DNA from: Nitrososphaeraceae archaeon
Lineage (GTDB): Archaea; Thermoproteota; Nitrososphaeria; Nitrososphaerales; Nitrososphaeraceae
Direction of reading: 5' to 3'
Assembly: GCA_035297365.1 (NCBI GenBank)
Contig: DATGZA010000063.1
Coordinates: forward strand, 1-64,000
DNA length: 64,000 nucleotides
Of the stretch, positions 52,346 through 60,925 are shown piece by piece. The notes below the pieces were generated by a model that did not search any database, had not been told where the DNA came from, and worked only from the letters and a program-made list of their open reading frames with translations. Each line of letters starts with the position of its first letter. The stretch's first letter is position 1. A program made the position numbers and the translations under genes.

Positions 52346-53242
52346 CTATGTCATATACATCTTTTTCCCAAGAAATATAATAAGAGGTATTAGAAGAAGT
52401 ACGGTGGATCCATATAAATATCCTATGCTATCGGCTATAAAAATTGAATCGTATATAATCATAAAAATTATGAGCAATGATATTAATTTTTGTATGGAGA
52501 TTTTATTTTTGTAGAAATATAGGTGTGAATAAACTATAGCAACTGTAAATATTATAGTATTTATTATTGAATCGAAGTTAAAGATGTCAATAAAAATTAG
52601 AAACAATATTGAAAATATTATTAAATAAATTATAGAAAATGATAACAGAAAGTGATTCTCTGTAGAATCTATTTTAACCTCATTTCTGCTTGTGAATGTG
52701 ATTACAAAAACATATAAAAATTCAAGAAAGAGGATAATAATAACTTTAAGGCTAGTAAATTGTAGATCGAACAAGGAAAAAGAAATACTAGAACCTAATA
52801 GAACGTTCAAGCTTCTTATCAATCCCATATTTACAGATCCTGGGGATCTTTCTTTTGAGTATAAATTATAGATAAAAATTAAAACAATTATTATAACAGT
52901 TATCAAAAAGCCAGTGACACTTGTAAATATAGATAAAATTAACGAAGATGAAATAGATATAATGTAAATATAGAGAGAATTCTTCTTTGGAATTTTGTTT
53001 GAAGGAAGTGGTCGTGAGGGTCTTTCTTTTTTATCTTTTTTTAAGTCTACATAATCATTTAAAACTATTCCTCCAATATACAATAAAATAGAAATAGATA
53101 TCAATAAAAGCAGATCCATATAATTTGTATCCTTTATATGAGTAAATAGAAAATATCCAACAAGGATATTTGGTATAGTGGTAAAAATATTTGGCAACCT
53201 TATGAGAGTCAAGTAATTTGTTATAGTATCAGACCTAATCAC
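52346..53242 (-). CDS. UbiA-family prenyltransferase (EboC-like)
   Basis: LIRLPNIFT, GGIVLNDYVD...D..ERPSRPLPS and MGLIRSLNVLLG. Confidence 0.88.
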   Translation of the reverse strand: MIRSDTITNYLTLIRLPNIFTTIPNILVGYFLFTHIKDTNYMDLLLLISISILLYIGGIVLNDYVDLKKDKKERPSRPLPSNKIPKKNSLYIYIISISSSLILSIFTSVTGFLITVIIIVLIFIYNLYSKERSPGSVNMGLIRSLNVLLGSSISFSLFDLQFTSLKVIIILFLEFLYVFVITFTSRNEVKIDSTENHFLLSFSIIYLIIFSILFLIFIDIFNFDSIINTIIFTVAIVYSHLYFYKNKISIQKLISLLIIFMIIYDSIFIADSIGYLYGSTVLLLIPLIIFLGKKMYMT

Positions 53243-53507
53243 ATTTACACACCAGAGGAATGCATGTCATTAACAGAGGAAATATAGCATTGCATGGTTT
53301 GTATATATTTACAAGAGCAATATAAGAAATTCCAAATTAGTATCAGTAGCTTTATCACTTTTCTATTACAAACTGAAATTAATTTATTGTGGACACCAGT
53401 ATACTCTAGAGATTTTTTGAAAAAATATGATAAATAAGATAAAAAAAGGATTACTAATATCATTTAACAATACATGGTCATAGATATATAATATTATAAA
53501 AATTAAA

Positions 53508-53614
53508 TGGAGGAGGTGGGATTTGAACCCACGAACCCCTAAAGGACGGGATCACCCATTATTCAAGATTTGATCTTGAGTCCTGCGCGTTTGACCAGGC
53601 TTCGCGACTCCTCC
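53508..53614 (-). tRNA. tRNA-Leu(CAA) with a 22-nt intron at 37/38 (53553-53574)
   Basis: GGAGGAG/CTCCTCC acceptor stem, CAGGA-CTCAAG[intron]A-TCCCG, long variable arm, GGTTCAAATCC. Confidence 0.93.
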
Positions 53615-54192
53615 AACTCAAAATTAGAGTTTTTTAACAATTTTGCCTGACAATAATACAATTTTAGCTTGGATATTTAGAGTTATCATCCCAAATCAAC
53701 TGACAATAGATCCGGAATTTTTAATCTAAATTTGATCCTGACTAATTTTGATACCAAAATTCTGATGATTTTTGTACTCTGTTTTGAATTTAAAATTACG
53801 TATATACAATAATTTTTTTCTTCTTGAAAAACAATGATCATCATTAAACACAAAATGAAATATAACGGAAGATTTTCATTTTATTTGCAATACCAATATG
53901 CAGCAAGAATAAATATATTTTCATTAACTTTTAAATTGGCGATAATTTTTTATGAATACGTTATTTGTTTTTAAATATGAGCATTTTTTCATTATTAAAA
54001 AATATAAAAATTATAGCATCAAACTCATGAGTTAATTTTGATTCAACTATAATGTATTTAATGGGTTATATAATTGCAAACATTTTCTTTAAAATAAGAC
54101 CGCTGTGAGTATGCCGTCAAATGAAAATTATACCAACTTTTCCACTAATTTCAAAGAATTTAATAAATATCAGGTGCAAATTGATTTAGCAT

Positions 54193-55182
54193 TTGTCGGA
54201 TCAAAATAATAGTAATACACTCATTGATGAATTTGCCAGAGATGTAAAATATGGATTGGGCCGAAAAAGAAAGAGACTTGACCCAAAATACTTTTATGAT
54301 AAGACAGGCTCAGAACTTTTTGAATCAATTTGTACTCAACCCGAATATTATTTAACTAGAACAGAATATAAAATAATCCTAAAAAATATAGGAGAATTAG
54401 TTAATTATTTTGACAATCAAAATGTGTCCATCATTGAATTAGGTAGTGGTAGCTCTAAGAAAACCAAAATAATCCTCAAATATTTTCTAGAAAAACAAGA
54501 GAACAAATTGCATTATTTTCCAATAGATGTATCTTACGAAATGTTGTTCAATAGTAATAAAAAACTGCTAAAGGATTTTCCAAAAATTACGAGTCATCCA
54601 ATATCCTCTGATTATTTTGATGGAATAAGACAAGCTAATGAATATATTCATTCCAATGGTAACATTCCAGATAAAAAATTAATACTATTCTTTGGTTCAA
54701 GTTTGGGAAACTTTGAACCAAAATATGCGATAAGCTTTTTAAGATCCATTAGAAAAGGATTAGCCCCAGATGATTCTTTTTTGATAGGATTTGATCTTGT
54801 AAAGAAAAAGGAGGTTTTGGAAGCAGCTTATAACGACGGAAACGGAATAACAGCTCAATTCAATTTAAACATTTTAAGGAGAATAAATAATGAATTGGAT
54901 GGAGAATTTGATTTAGAATCATTTAAGCACTTTGCTTACTTTAACGAAAAAAAAAGTAGAATTGAAATGCATCTTGTTTCAAAAATCAAACAAAATGTTA
55001 AGATAGGAAAAATTAACAAATCATTTAATTTTTTAAAAAATGAATCAATCCACACTGAAAATTCTTACAAATACAAGATACAAGATATTAAAAAATTCGC
55101 TAAAAAGAGTAATATGAAGGTGGAAAAAAACTTTTTAGATGATAACAACTGGTTTAGTTTATCTCTGTTAGTTCCAAATTAA
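54193..55182 (+). CDS. egtD: L-histidine N-alpha-trimethyltransferase
   Basis: PKYFYDKTGSELFE, EYYLTRTE, ELGSGSSKKT, GSSLGN, AYND..GITAQFNLN and TENSYKY. Confidence 0.95.
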   Translation: MSDQNNSNTLIDEFARDVKYGLGRKRKRLDPKYFYDKTGSELFESICTQPEYYLTRTEYKIILKNIGELVNYFDNQNVSIIELGSGSSKKTKIILKYFLEKQENKLHYFPIDVSYEMLFNSNKKLLKDFPKITSHPISSDYFDGIRQANEYIHSNGNIPDKKLILFFGSSLGNFEPKYAISFLRSIRKGLAPDDSFLIGFDLVKKKEVLEAAYNDGNGITAQFNLNILRRINNELDGEFDLESFKHFAYFNEKKSRIEMHLVSKIKQNVKIGKINKSFNFLKNESIHTENSYKYKIQDIKKFAKKSNMKVEKNFLDDNNWFSLSLLVPN

Positions 55183-55184
55183 GA

Positions 55185-56525
55185 TTATTTTGCACAACGA
55201 AATCCTGCAAAGAGGATCCGTTCGTGGGGTTTGAAGTAGTTTCTATAGCTGTTTCGAATTTGACGTCGTGGTGTTGCAAAAGATCCGCCGCGTAAAACTT
55301 TTTGGTTTATAGCCCATTTATCGGTGTACTCCGGAAATTTTGGTTGAAATCCTGGATAAAGAGCGTATTCAGAGTTTGTCCATTCCCAAATATCACCAAT
55401 CATTTGATAACATCCGTAGAAGCTCTTTCCCTTTTCATAACAACCACATTTAGATGTTTTCCAAAGAAATGATTCTAACAGATTGGCGTTTTCAGGCTTT
55501 GGAGAATCATCCCCCCAAGGGTAAATTGTTTTTCTATTTAGATCTTCGTTCCAACTAGAAGCCTTTTCCCATTCTGCTTCAGTAGGTAACCTTTTTCCTG
55601 CCCATCTTGCGTAAGCATCAGCTTCATAGTAACTGATATTTATTACAGGTTCCTCGGGTTCTACTGGATTTATTCCAAAAAAATCCTTTTTCATCCAAAC
55701 CCCCTGCCTTTTAAACCAATAAAGAGGACATTGCCAATCAAATTCTTGAACAAGATCCCATCCATCAGACAGCCAATACCTGTATTTTTGGTATCCACCA
55801 TCGTCAATAAATCTCATGAAATCTTCATTGGATACGGGTGTAGTATCTATTTTAAAGGGATACAGAAACACTTTGTGTTCTGGTAGTTCATTATCATAAG
55901 AGAAACCTTTTCCAGAGAACCCAAGTTCATATATTCCACCTGGAATAGATATCATCTCTTTACTTTGTTCTTCTGAAATAGTTTTCTCTGGGTCCTTGTT
56001 AACTTTAAAAGGTTTGTAGTTATCATGTGGATCGGGAAATCTCTCGAAATAGTTTTGAAAATCATAAATCATCAATTCTTGATGTTGCATTTCATGTTGA
56101 TTCCCTAATTGTATATCATACAGGATGTTTGGCAAAAGATGGTTTTCATTGCCTACTGCTTCTAAAAATGAAATGACATTCTTTTCAATTTGCTTTCTGT
56201 AAAGAAGACTCTCTGATACAGTAGGTCGTGGAAATCTTCCTCTTTCATTTTTTGGTAAAATTGTTTCAAATTTTTGATAATAAGAATTTAGATAATCTAA
56301 ATTTAGGTTTTCAAAAGATACCGTAATTCCATATTTTGTCAATATCTTATGAAAGAACCATGTTACATGAGCTATATGCCAATTTGGCGGGCTTCCAAAC
56401 GGGTCGGATTGAATAACGGCATCCTCTGTCTTGAGGGACTTGAAAAGGTTATCAGTTAATTTTCTGACATCCCCAAATTCAGAAATAAGCGACGAAATGC
56501 CCTCAGTTATCACCTTAGTCATCAA
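55185..56525 (-). CDS. egtB: Ergothioneine sulfoxide synthase (DinB plus FGE-sulfatase domains)
   Basis: SPPNWHIAHVTWFF, NSYY, HEMQHQEL, RLPTEAEWEKA, VLRGGS and GFRCA. Confidence 0.92.
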   Translation of the reverse strand: MMTKVITEGISSLISEFGDVRKLTDNLFKSLKTEDAVIQSDPFGSPPNWHIAHVTWFFHKILTKYGITVSFENLNLDYLNSYYQKFETILPKNERGRFPRPTVSESLLYRKQIEKNVISFLEAVGNENHLLPNILYDIQLGNQHEMQHQELMIYDFQNYFERFPDPHDNYKPFKVNKDPEKTISEEQSKEMISIPGGIYELGFSGKGFSYDNELPEHKVFLYPFKIDTTPVSNEDFMRFIDDGGYQKYRYWLSDGWDLVQEFDWQCPLYWFKRQGVWMKKDFFGINPVEPEEPVINISYYEADAYARWAGKRLPTEAEWEKASSWNEDLNRKTIYPWGDDSPKPENANLLESFLWKTSKCGCYEKGKSFYGCYQMIGDIWEWTNSEYALYPGFQPKFPEYTDKWAINQKVLRGGSFATPRRQIRNSYRNYFKPHERILFAGFRCAK

Positions 56526-56665
56526 TATAATTTGTCCTTAAAATTAATTAAATCTTTACCTTTTTTTAAAAACGTGAGAACAAAAAAAAGTTGTTAAACA
56601 ATAAATTGACATAAATAAATATAATGTAAATTAATCGATTAATATCTGCTGGAAGTTATGTACAA

Positions 56666-57511
56666 ATGAGTCGTTTTTTCTCCCCTGATAGTGAACCAAA
56701 TCTACTAGAAAAATTAGTTAAGAATTCTTTCCGGTCAATAGATGAAGGATTGTATGAGGTAGCAAATTTTGATCATACACATGATGCAATGAGTCTTACA
56801 AACAACATTCGTTCCATGATCAATATAAGAAAAGTACCGATCATAACGGAAGTAAAATTTTCTTCTCCATCAAAGGGAAATATTGTTGATAGTCAAAAGG
56901 TAAATCCAGTAAATATAGCTAATCAAATGATAAGTGGTGGGGCTATAGGACTCTCTGTTTTAACACAAAAGTATTTTTTTAACGGCTCGATAAATAACTT
57001 TATAGTTATTAGAAAAAATGCTAGTGTTCCAATGTTGATGAAAGATATTATCGTGAGTGAAAACCAAATTGATTGTGCTAAAAAAATTGGCGCGGACTAT
57101 GTATTGTTAATAAAGACAGTATTTGATAAAAATTTAGCTGAAGCAAGTATAGAAAAATTTTCAGAGTATTCATACAGAAAAGGATTGAATGTTTTGTATG
57201 AGGTTCATTTAGAGAATGAATTCAAGGAGATACTTGATTTTAAGGTGGGCAGAAATGATTTAATTGGAATAAATAATCGCAATCTCGACAATCTGAAAAT
57301 TGATTTAAAAACTACTGAAAATCTGTTGAAAAAATATCACAAAGGAAGAAACTTGATTGTAAGCGAAAGTGGCATTGAGAATACAGAACAAATAAGATAT
57401 CTGAAAAAGGCAGGGGCAGACGCATTTTTAATAGGGACGAGCATAATGGAAAAAGCTGAAAATATCTCGTCCAAAGTAAAAGAACTCGTTAATGGTACGA
57501 GTAGCTACTAA
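56666..57511 (+). CDS. trpC: Indole-3-glycerol-phosphate synthase
   Basis: EVKFSSPSKG, SVLT, KDII, GINNRNL, SESGI and LIGTSIM. Confidence 0.95.
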   Translation: MSRFFSPDSEPNLLEKLVKNSFRSIDEGLYEVANFDHTHDAMSLTNNIRSMINIRKVPIITEVKFSSPSKGNIVDSQKVNPVNIANQMISGGAIGLSVLTQKYFFNGSINNFIVIRKNASVPMLMKDIIVSENQIDCAKKIGADYVLLIKTVFDKNLAEASIEKFSEYSYRKGLNVLYEVHLENEFKEILDFKVGRNDLIGINNRNLDNLKIDLKTTENLLKKYHKGRNLIVSESGIENTEQIRYLKKAGADAFLIGTSIMEKAENISSKVKELVNGTSSY

Positions 57512-57723
57512 CCAGCCAAGAGCCCCCCAAGAAATCATCGGATTCTTTAAGTAATATCGCAATTCTAGCCAATATTAGATTACCTTCGTTAATTGTTTGT
57601 TGTTACAAAATTGGTATATTGCCTCATTTCATATCGTCCCACTAGTCATAAAGTTTTAATTGTAATTTTAAAATATTGTCTCCATAATTAGAAAAATAGG
57701 AGTTCCCTGCCGATAATTTAATG

Positions 57724-57975
57724 AATTTTTGTTTATATCTGTAATATCTTTCTGTATTGGTTCTGGAAATATCTTACCAAATAGTAATTGCGAAAATATT
57801 TACAGAAAAGGAAGAAAAAGGTTTGTTATCAATGCTTTCTTTTTGTTTATATCTTCAAAATATCATTCGGATAGCTATTTGTAAAGACGCTGCTACATAA
57901 TATCAAATTGAATTTTTAACAAAAAATATATTACTTTATTGTAAATATTACACAAATTTTTGTTTATATCTGTAA
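57724..57975 (+). repeat. Three near-evenly spaced direct repeats in the trpC-trpB intergenic region
   Basis: aatttttgtttatatctgtaa (21 bp) at 57724 and 57955; 15-bp core tttttgtttatatct at 57840; spacing 114 and 117 bp. Confidence 0.85.
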
Positions 57976-58431
57976 ACCTCTATGATTTCAATCAATTAAA
58001 ATTGGATATTAAATGAAGTTTATACCTCAAAAGTTATGGAGGTCTATCACTTGGATTTGATAAAATTTATTTGTAATCTTACTGACTTTTGCACTCTAGA
58101 AAAAATTCGAAAGTTAGAAAATTCTAGTAATTTGCAGTTTTGTGTAGAAACTTTTAGGTGATTGAGGCAGTTGATATTCGTCAAACCAGTATCGACAGTA
58201 CTGCATTCCAGAAATCCTTATCATGCATTCCTATTATGCTCGAATTTTTTTTTAAAATGTTAGTATCAGGTGAAATAAATAAATTTTAATATATTGGTAC
58301 CAGCCCCTTCAATATTTTAGTAACGGTGATAGGAATTTATTTGGTATATAATTAATTATATCTTCTAATTTTATACCAAAATTAAGTATATCAATTCATA
58401 TTGTCTATAAATTGATTAACAGCATTACAAG

Positions 58432-59619
58432 ATGAAATATAATTTTCCAAAAGATGGCAGATATGGAAAATTTGGTGGGAAATATATTCCAGAAACCTTA
58501 ATTCCTGCTATAGAAGAATTAGAATATTCATATCAAAAATATAGCAATGATCCGGATTTTAAAAGAGAACTATCCGAATATTTGAAAGACTATGCAGGAA
58601 GACCAACACCCTTGTATTTTGCTAAAAATCTAACAAAATATGTTGGAGGCGCAAAGATTTACATTAAAAGAGAAGATTTGCTTCACGGGGGAGCTCATAA
58701 GACCAATAATACCATTGGACAGTGCATTCTAGCGAAAAGAATGGGCAAGAAGAGAATAATCGCAGAAACAGGGGCGGGACAACATGGTGTCGGTACCGCT
58801 TTAGCATCGGCGGTTCTTGGACTTGACTGTGAAGTTTATATGGGTTTAAAAGATACTGAGAGACAGAAACTTAATGTCTTTAGGATGAAATTATTAGGAT
58901 CCAAGGTTCATCCTGTACTATCTGGTTCACAAACACTAAAAGATGCAATTAATGAAGCACTACGGGATTGGATAACCAATGTCAAAACTACCTATTATGT
59001 AATTGGTTCAGTAGTTGGTCCTCATCCTTACCCAATGATAGTTAGAGATTTCCAGAGTGTTATTGGAAAAGAAATAAAACAACAATGTAATGAGAAATTT
59101 GGTGGGTTACCCAACGCAATAGTTGCCTGTGTGGGTGGCGGCAGTAACGCAATAGGTTCATTCTATCCCTTTATTGACGATAAGGAAGTATCTTTGTATG
59201 GAATCGAAGCAGGAGGAAGTGGTACAAAATCTGGAAAAAATGCTGCAACTTTAGTATCAGGATCAATAGGAATCCTTCACGGGATGAAGACCTATCTACT
59301 ACAGGACAGCACAGGACAGGTTTCTGAAACTCATAGTGTATCTGCGGGCCTAGATTATCCAGGTGTAGGTCCAGAACATTCCTATTTGAAGGAGATAAGG
59401 CGAGTAATTTACAAAGCCTGTACAGACGAACAAGCCATACAAGCCTTCATGACACTATCAAAACGTGAGGGAATAATTCCTGCACTCGAATCAGCTCATG
59501 CTATCAGCTATGGGATGAAATTAGCTAAAAATATGCGGTCAACAGAAAAGATTGTCATCACTTTGTCGGGAAGAGGAGATAAAGACGTAGAAATAGTTCA
59601 AAAATATATTGAGAAATAA
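58432..59619 (+). CDS. trpB: Tryptophan synthase beta chain
   Basis: [43 protein letters not shown] and SGRGDKD. Confidence 0.98.
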   Translation: MKYNFPKDGRYGKFGGKYIPETLIPAIEELEYSYQKYSNDPDFKRELSEYLKDYAGRPTPLYFAKNLTKYVGGAKIYIKREDLLHGGAHKTNNTIGQCILAKRMGKKRIIAETGAGQHGVGTALASAVLGLDCEVYMGLKDTERQKLNVFRMKLLGSKVHPVLSGSQTLKDAINEALRDWITNVKTTYYVIGSVVGPHPYPMIVRDFQSVIGKEIKQQCNEKFGGLPNAIVACVGGGSNAIGSFYPFIDDKEVSLYGIEAGGSGTKSGKNAATLVSGSIGILHGMKTYLLQDSTGQVSETHSVSAGLDYPGVGPEHSYLKEIRRVIYKACTDEQAIQAFMTLSKREGIIPALESAHAISYGMKLAKNMRSTEKIVITLSGRGDKDVEIVQKYIEK

Positions 59620-60471
59620 TTGGAGATGGCATTATTGACCAAAATTATATCAAACAGAATAGATAAAAAATTTAAAGAGCTAAAAGAAAAAAAAGACAAT
59701 GCTTTAATATGTTATGTTGTGGCCGGATATCCAGACATAAAAACTTCTGAAGATATTATTGTGGCTCTGATTGAAGGGGGTGCAGACATGATAGAGATTG
59801 GAATTCCTTTTTCAGACCCCATTGCAGATGGTAATACCATACAAGAGGCTATACATCAATCCTTACTATCAGGAATTACACCAGAGCAGTGCTTAGAATT
59901 ATCATACAGAATTAGGAACAAATTTCCAGACGTACCATTAATTATAATGACATATTCTAATATTTTATTTAAGAAAGGTTATGAAGAGTTCTTGAGCTTG
60001 GCAAAGGGAAAAGGTATCGATGGATGTATATTGCCCGATATTCCAGTTGAGGAATCAGAAGAATATGTTACTGCAGCAAGAAAGACAGGAATTGCTACAA
60101 TTTTCTTGACAGCTCCTAATACAGAAGAAAAGAGGGTGAAAGATATTAATGATATTTGCTCTGGATTTTTATATGTTGTTTCGGTATTGGGAATAACTGG
60201 TGAACGTAAAAAGTTTGACCGATATACATATGACGTAATAAAGAAAGTTAAAAAGATAACTAAGAACAAGTTACCTATTGCAGCAGGATTTGGAATAAGC
60301 AAACCTGAACATGTAAGAAATATGCTTCATGCGGGTGCAGATGCAGTGATTGTTGGAAGCGCTATTATAAGAAAAATAAAAGAAACTGAAAATAAGAAAA
60401 AGTTACCAACTATATTAAGAGATTTTACAGTGGACATGAAAAATGCTTGTCATGAAATTAGAGGAAAATAA
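59620..60471 (+). CDS. trpA: Tryptophan synthase alpha chain
   Basis: EIGIPFSDPIADG, MTYSN, GITG, GFGIS and VIVGSA. Confidence 0.97.
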   Translation: MEMALLTKIISNRIDKKFKELKEKKDNALICYVVAGYPDIKTSEDIIVALIEGGADMIEIGIPFSDPIADGNTIQEAIHQSLLSGITPEQCLELSYRIRNKFPDVPLIIMTYSNILFKKGYEEFLSLAKGKGIDGCILPDIPVEESEEYVTAARKTGIATIFLTAPNTEEKRVKDINDICSGFLYVVSVLGITGERKKFDRYTYDVIKKVKKITKNKLPIAAGFGISKPEHVRNMLHAGADAVIVGSAIIRKIKETENKKKLPTILRDFTVDMKNACHEIRGK

Positions 60472-60494
60472 TAGAGTTAAAGTATTATAAATAA

Positions 60495-60821
60495 TCAACA
60501 AAGTACTAATCCCGAGGTATCTTTTGCAAATAACATATTATTAATACTAATATGATACGATCTTCCATGTCTGTTTACTATTAATTCGATATCATCTAAT
60601 GTTTCTGAAACCAATTCACCCTCATATTTTTTAATTACAACATGAATAGTTTCATGGGATATCAGAGATTCCATGAAAGGTTCAATATATTGAAAATCAT
60701 TTTTGGAAGTCATCGCACTGGATCTGGATTGAATGATAATCATGGTATCTTCATTATCATATGTAAAATATGCGGGTGAATCATCAATAGAACACGCGAA
60801 AAAAAAATCTTTAATAGACAT
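60495..60821 (-). CDS. Hypothetical protein with an HExxH motif
   Basis: 108-aa ORF containing ISHETIH. Confidence 0.7.
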   Translation of the reverse strand: MSIKDFFFACSIDDSPAYFTYDNEDTMIIIQSRSSAMTSKNDFQYIEPFMESLISHETIHVVIKKYEGELVSETLDDIELIVNRHGRSYHISINNMLFAKDTSGLVLC

Positions 60822-60925
60822 CAGAAGTATATCAGAATATATTTTTATTAACTGTATTTATCAGAAAGACATGAAATTCTTTTTATTACAAAAAATACAT
60901 GAATTAAAAATCACAAATAAAATAT

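Noticed and set aside
53245-53463. 72-aa ORF upstream of the UbiA gene
   Set aside because: Low-complexity AT-rich frame with no recognisable motif
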